Assembly: GCA_035553915.1 (NCBI GenBank)
Contig: DATMJK010000061.1
Span: forward strand, 1,107-65,106
From: Candidatus Limnocylindrales bacterium
Lineage (GTDB): Bacteria > Chloroflexota > Limnocylindria > Limnocylindrales > CSP1-4
DNA length: 64,000 bases
Direction: 5' to 3'
A program made the position numbers and the translations under genes. This document shows, piece by piece, positions 33,583 to 45,531 of the stretch. The notes under the pieces were generated by a model. The model worked only from the letters and a program-made list of their open reading frames with translations. It had not been told where the DNA came from and did not search any database. Position 1 is the stretch's first letter. Each line of letters begins with the position of its first letter.

Positions 33583-36462
33583 GTGTGCCCCGTGCTGGTC
33601 GGGCGGGATGACCTTCTCGCCCACGCCGAGCGACGGCTGGCAGCAGTCCAGTCGGGCCACGGCCACATGCTGCTGATCGCAGGCGAGGCCGGCATCGGCA
33701 AGACCAGGCTCCTCGCGAGCACCGAGCGCAAGGCGCGCGAGCTTGGCCTGGCGGCGTGTCGTGGTCATACGCAGCCGCGCGACATGGAAGTGCCGGCGGC
33801 ACCGTTTCTTGACCTCGCGCGGAGCATGGTCCGAGATGACGCGATGGCCGATCTCGGCCGGCGCATCGAGCAGCTGCTGGGCGAGGCGGAGACGGCGGAT
33901 GCCGGCGCCGACGGCGGCCATCGCCTGCGGCGGATGCTGAGCCTGGACCTCGCTGACACGCTCACCCGCGGACTGGATGGCCCAACGGTCATCGCGCTCG
34001 AGGACCTGCATTGGGCGGACGACCTTTCGCTGCAGGTGCTGGCGGCGCTGGCGACGAGGCTAGAAGGGGCGCCGCTGATGGTCATCGGGACTTACCGCAG
34101 CGACGAGCTCTATCCGCGCGTACCAATGCGCGAGTGGCGAACGCGTCTCCTCGCGAGCCGGCTCGCCGAGGAGGCGTTGCTCAGTCGGCTGACCCTGGAG
34201 GACACCGGCCGCATGGTCTCGCTGATCACGGCAAGCCCGATCCCACCCCCGGCCGAGCTGGTTGCGGGGATCCACCGGCGGACGGATGGCGTGCCGCTGC
34301 ACATCGAAGAGCTGCTCGGCACGGTGGGCGGTGATGCCGTCTCCGGCGGGATCTCGGATGCGGCCATCCCGGCGACCCTGGAAGTGAACATCCGCGACCG
34401 CCTTGCGAGGCGGAGCGAGGTCGCCATCAGCGTGGCCAGGGCAGGCGCGGTCATCGGTCGGCGGTTCACCGGCAAGCTCGCCGGGGCCGCATCGGGATTG
34501 GCGCTGGCGGCGGTCGAGGAGGGCCTCGCGGAGCTGGTCGACCACTTCTTCGTGGTGCCGTTGGCAGGTGGTGGCTACGACTTCAGGCACGCCCTGATCC
34601 GCGACGCCATCTACGCGTCCATCCCTGAGCGCGCGCGGCGATCGATGCACCTGCTCGTGGCTCGCGCGGGCACGCCAGAGCTCGGCGACGCCGACCTGTC
34701 GCTCCACCTCGAGGAAGCCGGACAGGGGGCGGATGCTCACGTCGTGGCACTTCGCGCGGCGCGCACCGCGGCCAGGCTGAGCGCCCATCGCGAGGCGCTC
34801 GAGCTCTACCGGCGCGCCCTGCGCCACCTGCCAGGTGACGCCGAGGCGGCCAAGAGGGCAGCGTTGCTCGAGGAGGCCGGTGCGGAGGCACTCGCGGCGG
34901 ATGACAACACTGAGGCCGCAGCGTTGCTCGGGTCGGCCGAGGAGGCATACCTCGAGGCAGGTCTTGTCGCCGCCGCCTGCGCGGTTGCCGCGCCGCTCGT
35001 GGCGGCCCATCACCTGCTTGGCGCGAGCCTGGACGAGCGCTTGAGCGTTCTGCGATCAGCCGCAGACAGGCTGGTCGGCGAACCGGAAGATGAGCCAACG
35101 AACCGCGTGCGTGCGCGCCTCGAAGGCGCTCTCGCGGCGGCCTACATGCTCGACCGCCGGCTCGAGGACTCAGTGACCCATGGCGCGCGCGCATTGCGGA
35201 TGGCACGCCAGGCTGGTGACGCGGCACTCGAGCTGGACGTGCTGGCGACGCTCGGATCGGATGACCTCTTCGGCGGGCGAATGGACGATGGCTGGGCGAC
35301 TCTCGAGGAGGCGATCGACCGGGCACGCACAGCCGGGTTCGAGGGACACACCGCGCGGGCATACCGGATGGCCGGCACGTCGGCGTCCGTGCTGGTGGAG
35401 TACGACCGAGCCGAGCGGCTGCTGCGTGAGGGCATCGAATACGCCGAGCGTGTCGAGATGTGGAACCACCGTCACTACATGGCAGCCCACCTCGGCCACG
35501 TGCTGTGGGCGACGGGCCGATACAACGAGGCCGACCAGGTCGCGCGGCATGCGCTGGCGGACGGTCGCGGTGGCCTCACGACGCGCATCACAGCCCTGCA
35601 TGTCATCGGCTACGTCGCCCTTGGCCGTGGAAATCTCGCGGCCGCCGAGGAGACGCTATCTGAGGCCCTCGGGCTGGCCCAGCCAATGGGTGAGCTTCAG
35701 CGCGTCTCCCCGGCACTTTGGGGCCTGGCGGAGCGTGCCGAGCTGGCCGGCGATGCCGCGCGGGCAGCAGAGCTGTGTCGCCAGGGGCTGGCTTTGTCGG
35801 CCGCCGTAGATGACGCGGCTTACCTCTTTCCGTTCCTCGTCACAGGAACGCGGGCCCTCCTCGGGCTGCGCCAGCTGGCCGAGGCCGAGTCGTGGGCCGC
35901 CGACGTGGGCCGACGGCTGACGCAGCGTGCCATCCCCGGTACGCTGCCCGCGATCGATCACGCTCAAGGGCTGGTGCTGCTGGCTCGCAGCAGAGTGTCG
36001 GCCGCCCGCGTTGCCCTGTCCTCTGCGGCGGCGCAGTGGCAGGCGCGCCGACGAACCTGGGAAGGGACGCCGGCGCTGGTTGAATTGGCCACGGCGCTGC
36101 TGCGCGCCAACCGGCCGGCTGAGGCCGGCCGCGTGGCGGAGCAGGCACTCGAGCAGGCGACAGGCATCGGCCAAGGGCCGGTCCTCGAGCGCGCGCGGGC
36201 CGCCCTCAGCGCTGCACGCACCCGCCATCCTGCCCCTGAGCCGTGGGCACCGCTCAGTGCCCGCGAGTTCGAGGTCGCGCGGCTGGTGAGCGCCGGGGCC
36301 ACCAATGCTGCCATCGCCGAGCAGCTCGGTCTCTCACCGCGCACCGTCGGCGCACACGTCGAACACATCCTGAACAAGCTGGGCATGGGCAGGCGCAGCG
36401 AGATCGCTGCCTGGGCGGCGCGCGTGTCGACCGGCGCGCCGCGGGATACGATCGGCCAATGA
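33583..36462 (+). CDS. LuxR-family transcriptional regulator, large ATP-binding LAL (MalT-like) type
   Basis: N-terminal P-loop 'IAGEAGIGKTRLL'. Long TPR/helical middle. C-terminal LuxR HTH 'LSAREFEVARLVSAGATNAAIAEQLGLSPRTVGAHVEHILNKLGM'. Confidence 0.85.
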   Translation: MCPVLVGRDDLLAHAERRLAAVQSGHGHMLLIAGEAGIGKTRLLASTERKARELGLAACRGHTQPRDMEVPAAPFLDLARSMVRDDAMADLGRRIEQLLGEAETADAGADGGHRLRRMLSLDLADTLTRGLDGPTVIALEDLHWADDLSLQVLAALATRLEGAPLMVIGTYRSDELYPRVPMREWRTRLLASRLAEEALLSRLTLEDTGRMVSLITASPIPPPAELVAGIHRRTDGVPLHIEELLGTVGGDAVSGGISDAAIPATLEVNIRDRLARRSEVAISVARAGAVIGRRFTGKLAGAASGLALAAVEEGLAELVDHFFVVPLAGGGYDFRHALIRDAIYASIPERARRSMHLLVARAGTPELGDADLSLHLEEAGQGADAHVVALRAARTAARLSAHREALELYRRALRHLPGDAEAAKRAALLEEAGAEALAADDNTEAAALLGSAEEAYLEAGLVAAACAVAAPLVAAHHLLGASLDERLSVLRSAADRLVGEPEDEPTNRVRARLEGALAAAYMLDRRLEDSVTHGARALRMARQAGDAALELDVLATLGSDDLFGGRMDDGWATLEEAIDRARTAGFEGHTARAYRMAGTSASVLVEYDRAERLLREGIEYAERVEMWNHRHYMAAHLGHVLWATGRYNEADQVARHALADGRGGLTTRITALHVIGYVALGRGNLAAAEETLSEALGLAQPMGELQRVSPALWGLAERAELAGDAARAAELCRQGLALSAAVDDAAYLFPFLVTGTRALLGLRQLAEAESWAADVGRRLTQRAIPGTLPAIDHAQGLVLLARSRVSAARVALSSAAAQWQARRRTWEGTPALVELATALLRANRPAEAGRVAEQALEQATGIGQGPVLERARAALSAARTRHPAPEPWAPLSAREFEVARLVSAGATNAAIAEQLGLSPRTVGAHVEHILNKLGMGRRSEIAAWAARVSTGAPRDTIGQ

Positions 36463-37394
36463 CTGATCACAAGACCATCGCGGGCATCAGCGGCTACGGC
36501 GGCCGGAGGCTGGCCCAGCGCCTGGGACCCATCGGCGCCTGGAGCTTCGCCCTGCAGCGCATGGCCGCGCGCGACGAGCTGGCCGCCGCGCGCCAGCTCG
36601 AGGGGCTGGGCTACCCCGCCATCTGGTTCCCCGAGAGCCTGGGCAGCAAGGACGTGATGGCCCACTCCGCGCTGCTGCTGGGGGCCACCGAGCGGGCGAT
36701 CATCGCGCCCGGCATCGCCAGCATCCACGCCCGTGACGCGATGTCGACGGCCAACGCCGCGCGCGCGCTGGGTGAAGCCTATCCGGACCGGTTCGTGCTC
36801 GGGCTCGGAGTCAGCCATGCACCATCGGTCAAGCTGCGTGGCGGCGACTACGCCAAACCGCTTGCCAGCATGCGCGCCTACCTCGACGGCATGGCCGACG
36901 CACAGTACGCGGCGCCGCTGCCCGACACGCCGGTGCCACTCGTGCTGGCCGCGCTCGGGCCGCGGATGCTCGAGCTGGCCGCCGAGCGCGCAGACGGCGC
37001 CCATCCATACTTCGTGCCCGTCGAGCACACGCCCTTTGCCCGGCGCTACCTTGGCCCGGAGCCGTGCCTGGCGGTCGAGATGACGGCCGTGCTGACCAAC
37101 GACCGAGCGGCCGGCCTGGCCATCGGCCGCGCCTTTGCGCGGCACTACCTGGTGCTGCCCAACTACGCCAACAACCTGCGCCGCCTGGGCTGGTCGGATC
37201 GGGACATCCAGAACGACGGCAGCGACAAGCTGATCGAGCAGGTCGTCGCCATCGGCGACGTGGACCACATCGTCGGCCGTGCGCGGGCGCACCTCGAGGC
37301 GGGCGCGGACCACGTCTGCATCCAGCTGCGCGAGGAGCAGTCAGCCGACCCGGCGATCGAGGGCTTTCGCGAGCTGGCGGGCGCGCTGCTCTAG
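36459..37394 (+). CDS. LLM-class (luciferase-like) F420-dependent oxidoreductase
   Basis: The ATG overlaps the LuxR stop (ATGA). 'MTDHKTIAGISGYGGRRLAQRLGPIGAWSFALQ...' carries the conserved N-terminal 'GPIG(V/A)W' motif and has the usual ~310 aa length of this family. Confidence 0.85.
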   Translation: MTDHKTIAGISGYGGRRLAQRLGPIGAWSFALQRMAARDELAAARQLEGLGYPAIWFPESLGSKDVMAHSALLLGATERAIIAPGIASIHARDAMSTANAARALGEAYPDRFVLGLGVSHAPSVKLRGGDYAKPLASMRAYLDGMADAQYAAPLPDTPVPLVLAALGPRMLELAAERADGAHPYFVPVEHTPFARRYLGPEPCLAVEMTAVLTNDRAAGLAIGRAFARHYLVLPNYANNLRRLGWSDRDIQNDGSDKLIEQVVAIGDVDHIVGRARAHLEAGADHVCIQLREEQSADPAIEGFRELAGALL

Positions 37395-38164
37395 CCGGCC
37401 GCCGGTGTCAACCGAGCGACGAACTCCAACACGCGCCGCCAGGCGTCCGCCGAATCATCCGCGAACTCCTCCGCCTTGCGGTCAAAGAACGAGTGCGGAG
37501 CGCCCGCGTACGTCGCCAGCTCGTGCTCGACGCCGGACCCGGCCAGGGCCGCCTCGAAGGCCGCCCGGTGCTGCGCCGGGATCCCGTCGTCCGCCTCCCC
37601 AAAGATGGCCAGGACCGGCACGCGCATCCGTGGCGCGACCTCGGCTGGGGCCGGCATGCCCGCCCGGAAGTCGCCGACGGGCCAGCCGTAGAAGCCGATC
37701 ACCCCAGCCAGCTCGAGCTCCGGCCGCGTGGCACACAGGAAAGATAGCCGACCGCCGAAGCAGAAGCCGATCGTGAAGAGCGCGCGAGGCGCCGCCTCGT
37801 CGCGCAGCCGATGCGCCGCGCCGGACAGGTCGTCCAGCAGGCCGGGGTAGGTCGTCTGCGCGATGTGGTCGCGGAACGGGAAATCAGGCCCGCGGTCGGA
37901 GGAGCGCGTCGTCCGACCGAAATAGTCGACCGCCAGCGCGTCCACGCCAGCCTCGGCGAAGCGCAGCGCCAGCTCTTCGTAGTAGCCATGCAGGCCACGG
38001 ACGTCGGGCAGGATGATCACGCCCGCGCCGGTCGGCTGGTCGGCGCGCGCGAGGAAGCCCAGGAACGGGACGTTGTCGTCGGCCACCAGGTCCACGCGCC
38101 GCCCTTCGACCGCGCCGCCGGCGATCGGTGGGAGCGGGGGTCGGCTGTCGTGGTCGAAACACAT
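37391..38164 (-). CDS. dienelactone hydrolase family protein (alpha/beta hydrolase)
   Basis: Start 'MCFDHDSRPPLP' at 38162-38164. Nucleophile elbow 'IGFCFGG'. 'AGAPHSF' His motif. The upstream 57 codons are rejected. Confidence 0.85.
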   Translation of the reverse strand: MCFDHDSRPPLPPIAGGAVEGRRVDLVADDNVPFLGFLARADQPTGAGVIILPDVRGLHGYYEELALRFAEAGVDALAVDYFGRTTRSSDRGPDFPFRDHIAQTTYPGLLDDLSGAAHRLRDEAAPRALFTIGFCFGGRLSFLCATRPELELAGVIGFYGWPVGDFRAGMPAPAEVAPRMRVPVLAIFGEADDGIPAQHRAAFEAALAGSGVEHELATYAGAPHSFFDRKAEEFADDSADAWRRVLEFVARLTPAAG

Positions 38165-38649
38165 TGGGCTGATGCTACCTCCGCAGTCCGCCTGCCGGCC
38201 CCGCCTGCTGCGCCGCCTGCCTGAGCTGGGCGCCTCCGCCCATCGCGGAGTGCGCGACCTGGTCATACGCGCGGCTGGCGACCCTTGACGACGGTGTGGC
38301 GTGGCGAAGCTCGTCTTGTGCCGATGGTGGAGCACTCACCCGGCCATGACGCCCTACGGCCCGGTCATACGCCCAGCAGGCAGACCTTATGTCAGTTCGG
38401 CGCCGAACTGACCTGACACAAGTTCACCGAGGGGCGCACTAGACCGACTCTTACCTCCAGCGAGGGTGGGCCACGCTCGCTTTGCGGACGTGGTGCGCTT
38501 ACCCGGCTGAGAAGCGTGACGAACTTGCCAGATAAGGGTCTACTGCGGCGCGTATGGCCAAGTGTCGGAGCCGCCGGCGGCCGACCGGCCAGCACAGGCG
38601 TTGGGATGCCCAGGCGCCCGCGGGCCGCTGATCGCGGCCCCGTGCCTGG

Positions 38650-38901
38650 TGCTACACTCGCGCCCGCGGCGAGGACCGAGAGGAGTAGCTCTCGCACCTG
38701 CTAGCAGAGACCCTGGCCGGTGGTGTGAGCCGGGGAGCAGACGGGAGGCGAAGGTCGCTCGCGAGCCGCGCGGGAGACGCCCGATAGCGCGCCAGAGAGG
38801 GCGCCCGGAAACCCCGCCGATCGGATGACGACGGCCGCCGGGCACCGAACCAGCCGGTGGTACCACGACCCCGATCGTCCGCTGGGCGAGCGGGGTTTTT
38901 G
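38650..38901 (+). promoter_or_regulatory. T-box riboswitch leader with intrinsic terminator, upstream of valS
   Basis: Conserved T-box sequence 'AGCCGGUGGUACCACGACC' at ~38852-38870 (consensus AGGGUGGUACCGCG). It is followed by the terminator hairpin CCGCU-GGGCG-AGCGG plus UUUUU at ~38879-38900, 30 nt before the valS ATG. An extended -10 'TGcTACACT' sits at ~38650-38658. Confidence 0.65.
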
Positions 38902-38929
38902 TTGCGTCCGCCCGATGAGGAGCCAGAGC

Positions 38930-41662
<2,733 letters not shown>

Positions 41663-41669
41663 TGCGACC

Positions 41670-42389
41670 ATGAAGCTGCCATCCCTGTCGCGACGCCGAC
41701 GACCGCCGCCTGCGCCGCCGCCTGCGCGCCTGTCGCCCGACTCGATCGTCACCCATGACATGAGCCTGCGCCTGCTGTTCAATGCCAAGAGCGGCGACGG
41801 AGTGCGGCTGGAAGGTGAGGCCAATGTCGCCGAGCTGCCCGGCTTGCTGACCGGCATCGCCATCTCGCCGGTCGAGCTGATCGAGCCGCTCTCGCCTGAC
41901 GCCCAGCAGGCCGCTCCGCGGATCCTCCATCCGCAGCAGGCTCTGCAATGGATCAACGCCCGTCACTCGCATAGCCCGATGGCACGGCATGCGCTGCTCG
42001 TGCTCGAGTCGCTGGACGCGATCGACCCGGCGTTCGAGACGCTGGCCGTCGCGCTGCTCCAGGGCGAGCTCGATCACGACGGCGTGCCGCGTTTCGATGC
42101 CATCGTCGGCGGGCTGGTCAGCTACTGGGACGAGACCACCGGCGAGCTGGTGCTGAGGCCCATCGTCGCCTGGGGTGGCAGTGGTGCTCGGGGCGACATC
42201 GACCGGACGGCACAGCGGCTGATTGCGCGGCTGATGGGCAACATCCTGGCCAGCCAGGGCGCCCATGGGCTGCACGTCACGGAGCGCCCCGTCGCCGGCG
42301 GTGGCGCACGGGCCTGCGGCCACTGTGGCTTCTCCGCCCTGGACCCGTCGGCGCGCTACTGTCCCAAGTGCGGCATGCGCCAGGGCTGA
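41670..42389 (+). CDS. hypothetical protein with C-terminal zinc ribbon (CGHCG...CPKCG)
   Basis: Starts 8 nt after the valS stop. C-terminal 'CGHCGFSALDPSARYCPKCG'. The true start may be the internal 'MSLRLLFNAKSG'. Confidence 0.5.
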   Translation: MKLPSLSRRRRPPPAPPPARLSPDSIVTHDMSLRLLFNAKSGDGVRLEGEANVAELPGLLTGIAISPVELIEPLSPDAQQAAPRILHPQQALQWINARHSHSPMARHALLVLESLDAIDPAFETLAVALLQGELDHDGVPRFDAIVGGLVSYWDETTGELVLRPIVAWGGSGARGDIDRTAQRLIARLMGNILASQGAHGLHVTERPVAGGGARACGHCGFSALDPSARYCPKCGMRQG

Positions 42390-42393
42390 GCAG

Positions 42394-42687
42394 ATGCCCA
42401 ACTACGAGTACGTTTGCACCGCCTGTGGCACACGCATCGAGGTGTCACATGGCGTGAACGAATCGGGGCCTGCGGTATGCACTGCCTGTGGCGGTGCGCT
42501 GCGCAAAGCAGTCTCGGCGCCGGCCATCGTCTTTCGCGGCTCGGGTTGGGCGAAGAAGGACGCCCGCCGCTCGAGCAGCGCCGCAGGAGGAAAGACCGAT
42601 TCGACCGACAGCAAACCGAGCACCGAGGGCAGTCAGCCTGCCGATTCCGCCGGGGGTGAGAAGGAGAGCAGGGTCGCCGACGCCTGA
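42394..42687 (+). CDS. FmdB-family zinc-ribbon protein (CxxC_CxxC_SSSS)
   Basis: 'MPNYEYVCTACGTRIEV...CTACGG' is the classic FmdB N-terminus, followed by a Ser/Gly/acidic tail. Confidence 0.8.
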   Translation: MPNYEYVCTACGTRIEVSHGVNESGPAVCTACGGALRKAVSAPAIVFRGSGWAKKDARRSSSAAGGKTDSTDSKPSTEGSQPADSAGGEKESRVADA

Positions 42688-42705
42688 GCGCCGCTGGATC
42701 GCCAC

Positions 42706-43551
42706 GTGAAGGGCATCGTCGATCGGCTGATGAGCGTCCGGGCAGTGCGGACGGTGATGGCCGTGATGGGCTCGGCGGGTGCGCTCGGCCTGCCGTTGCT
42801 CGCCATGGCGCTGGCTTTCACGACGATGTTCGCGCTCATCCCGGCGGTGCTGCTGCTCTCGGGCGTGCTCGGCTGGTTCGTCGCCGACCCGGTGATCCAG
42901 CAAGATCTTCTTGGCCAGCTGATCGCGGCTGTGCCACCGCTGGCCGGGCTGTTCGAGGATCAGCTTGAGAGCCTCGTCGAGTCGCGGGCCGCGCTGTCGA
43001 TCGTTGGCCTGCTCGGCCTGATCTGGGGGGCCAGCAACTTCTACGCCGCGCTCGATGAGGTGATGAGGCGGTTCTTCCCCGGCGGCAAGGCCCGCGGCTT
43101 CGTGTCGCAACGGCTGCGCGGCATCGTCGCCGTGGCAGTGCTCGTCGGGCTGGTGATTGGCACGATCGCGATGGGTGGCATCTGGACGTTCCTGCAGTCG
43201 ACACTGGGCGTCCTGGGGCCGATGCTCTCGCTGGCCATGCCACTGCTGTCGATCACTCTGGTGACGGTCATCGTGCTCGTCGTCTATCGCTACGTGCCCA
43301 CCGCCCCACCGCCATGGCGCGCCGCGCTGCCGCCGGCGATCGTGGCCGGCATCGGCATCGGGCTGCTGACCAGCCTGTTCGCCGTGCTGGCGCCGGTGCT
43401 CGTTGGCGGCCTGCAGGCCTTCGGCGTCATCGCGACCGTCTTTGCCGGCTTCATCTGGCTCAACTTCTGCTACCAGATGCTCCTTTACGGCGCAGCCTGG
43501 GCGCGCTACCGGCGCGACGCGGCGCAGCTCCAGGATCGGCCGGCGGCCTGA
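42706..43551 (+). CDS. YihY/BrkB family inner-membrane protein
   Basis: GTG start, 281 aa, 6 TM. 'GASNFYAALDEVMRRFF' is characteristic of YihY (virulence factor BrkB / RNase BN-like annotation family). Confidence 0.8.
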   Translation: MKGIVDRLMSVRAVRTVMAVMGSAGALGLPLLAMALAFTTMFALIPAVLLLSGVLGWFVADPVIQQDLLGQLIAAVPPLAGLFEDQLESLVESRAALSIVGLLGLIWGASNFYAALDEVMRRFFPGGKARGFVSQRLRGIVAVAVLVGLVIGTIAMGGIWTFLQSTLGVLGPMLSLAMPLLSITLVTVIVLVVYRYVPTAPPPWRAALPPAIVAGIGIGLLTSLFAVLAPVLVGGLQAFGVIATVFAGFIWLNFCYQMLLYGAAWARYRRDAAQLQDRPAA

Positions 43552-43573
43552 GGTCGCGGCGCGCCGGCTCGGC

Positions 43574-44563
43574 TCAGGCGACGCGCGGCTGGGCGGTCCC
43601 GCAGCGCCGGCAGAAGGAGGCCCGGCTGGAGATCGGCAGCTCGCAGTGGTGGCATGCTCGCGCGATTGGCTGTGGCTGGCTGGCCTGCCAGGCCGCCAGC
43701 CGGGCACGGGCCTCGGCCGGCATCAGCACGCGTGGCGCGGGCGAGGGCAGGACGGACGGCGCGGGCATCAGCATCGCGCCGACGGTCGGCGCTGGCGGGC
43801 CAGCTGCCGGAGCGGCGCTCGATTCGGCAGCCCAGGCCGCGGGCGGAACGACGGACGGCAGCGGCACGACCGGTGGCGTAGCAGGCGGCGCCGGCTGCTT
43901 AGGCCGCCGCCCTGGCGTGACAGGCGTGCTCGTCCAGGCGGGAGGCGTGCCGGGCAATGCGCTCGGTGCGGGCGCGGGTGCCACGGGCGGCGGCAGTGCC
44001 ACGGGCGGGGTATGCACCCGCCGGACAGGTGGCTGGCGCGGCGCGGGCAGGTGGACGACTTCCTCTGCCGACAGATCGGATGCCAGGTCGGCGGGCGCGG
44101 GCGGTGGGACCGAGAGCACGAGGTCGACCGGTACCGGCGGCACGTCGAGCAGCGGCGCGGGCGGCGAGCCCTCGTCCTGATCCTCGACGAGGTATACCCG
44201 TGGCAGCTCGATCTCGCCCGGCTCGCTGACGGCTGCCGGCGCGGCTTCGACGGCCCCGACCGCGGCGGGCGCCAGCAGCGGTGGATCAGCCGCGCGGCCA
44301 TCACGCGTCCCGGCCGTGGGCGTGGCCACGACGTCAAGCGGCGAGCACTCGAGGCACTCTCCGGCAGCGTCGTTCATACATGCCGCGCAGACGTAGCCGC
44401 GGCAGCCCAGGCACAGCCGCAGGCCGTCGTCAGCTGCAGTCGAGCCGTTGACGGCGGTGCGGACGCGGTCCACCAGCCCGGGCAATCCACGCGTTGCGGC
44501 CGGCTCGGGGGTGGTGCGCGTGCCGCAACGCTCGCAGAACGCGGTGACGGTTGTCGAGGTCAA
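43574..44563 (-). CDS. proline-rich hypothetical protein with N- and C-terminal zinc-ribbon motifs
   Basis: N-terminus 'CERCG...CLGC...CAAC...CLEC' and C-terminus 'CHHCELPISSRASFCRRCG' flank a long Pro/Ala-rich low-complexity core. Could in part be an artefact. Confidence 0.45.
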   Translation of the reverse strand: MTSTTVTAFCERCGTRTTPEPAATRGLPGLVDRVRTAVNGSTAADDGLRLCLGCRGYVCAACMNDAAGECLECSPLDVVATPTAGTRDGRAADPPLLAPAAVGAVEAAPAAVSEPGEIELPRVYLVEDQDEGSPPAPLLDVPPVPVDLVLSVPPPAPADLASDLSAEEVVHLPAPRQPPVRRVHTPPVALPPPVAPAPAPSALPGTPPAWTSTPVTPGRRPKQPAPPATPPVVPLPSVVPPAAWAAESSAAPAAGPPAPTVGAMLMPAPSVLPSPAPRVLMPAEARARLAAWQASQPQPIARACHHCELPISSRASFCRRCGTAQPRVA

Positions 44564-44760
44564 TGGCAGCTCCGAATCGATCGCAAAAGCGATCTATAGA
44601 GCAGGCTAGCCAGCACTGACCAGCCCGTCACTGCCGAACGAGTACTGGGGCCTAGTGACCCCTCCGTTCATCACCTGACCCCTCGAAGCCGGCCCATGGA
44701 AGTGTCCGGGCGGGGGGTTTTGCTAGACTCGGCCACCGGATGGCTGGGCCCCTTGCCGCG

Positions 44761-45519
44761 ATGGAGCGGTTCTTCGAGCGCCTTTTCGAGCGACCTGCGG
44801 CGCGGTTGCTCGCGCCGCGGCTCGAGCCGGTCCACCTCCAGCACCACGTCCAGCGGGCGATGGAAAGCGGCCGCGTACGCCAGGCGGGCAAGTGGCACGT
44901 CCAGAGCCGCTTCCGGCTGCTCCTCCACCCCTCTGACCTGGTCGCGCTCTCCGGCCGCGAGGCGCTGCCGGCCGAGATCGCGGAGAGCCTGCGCGACCAC
45001 GCCCGGCAGCGCGGCTACGTCCTCGCCGCACGGCCGACGGTCCGCCTCGAGTCATCGCCCCGCGTCGCCGCCGGCGAGGTGGTCGTGTTGGCTGACGACC
45101 TGCCCGCGGCGCCGCCGCTGGCCAATGCGGCGCCGCCTCCGCACGACGGCAGCCCTGCCCTCACGCCGGCAGACCCAGTACCCGGCTCAACATCGGTCTT
45201 CAAGGCGGCCCAGCCGTCCGCGCCGCGCGCGCGGATCGCCGTCCGCGCCCCCGGCCAGCCGGTGCGGCACGTCGTCGTCGACGGCTCCAGCCTGCGCATC
45301 GGCCGCTCGAACGACAACGAGATCGTCCTCGCCGACGATCGCGTCTCGCGTCACCACGGCCAGATCAGCGCCCGGCTCGGAACGCTGGTCTACAGCGATC
45401 TGGGCAGCACCAACGGCTCGTATCTGCAGGGCAGCCGCGTCCACGAGATTGCCCTCGGCCCGCACGACGTCATCCAGCTCGGTGGCTCCTCGCTGACGAT
45501 CGAGCCGGCGGCGGACTAG
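44761..45519 (+). CDS. fhaA: FhaA-like protein (DUF3662 N-domain + C-terminal FHA domain)
   Basis: 'MERFFERLFERPAARLL' is a DUF3662-type N-terminus. C-terminal FHA 'LRIGRSNDNEIVLADDRVSRHHGQI...GSTNGSYLQGSRV'. Alternative ATG at 44740. Confidence 0.8.
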   Translation: MERFFERLFERPAARLLAPRLEPVHLQHHVQRAMESGRVRQAGKWHVQSRFRLLLHPSDLVALSGREALPAEIAESLRDHARQRGYVLAARPTVRLESSPRVAAGEVVVLADDLPAAPPLANAAPPPHDGSPALTPADPVPGSTSVFKAAQPSAPRARIAVRAPGQPVRHVVVDGSSLRIGRSNDNEIVLADDRVSRHHGQISARLGTLVYSDLGSTNGSYLQGSRVHEIALGPHDVIQLGGSSLTIEPAAD

Positions 45520-45531
45520 GCTCCGCCGGCG

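Noticed and set aside
43700-44300. Short GC-rich repeats (GGCGGC / CCGCCG periodicity) reminiscent of a repeat array
   Set aside because: They are in-frame codon repeats of a Pro/Ala-rich coding region. There are no spacer-repeat units of constant length; this is not a CRISPR.
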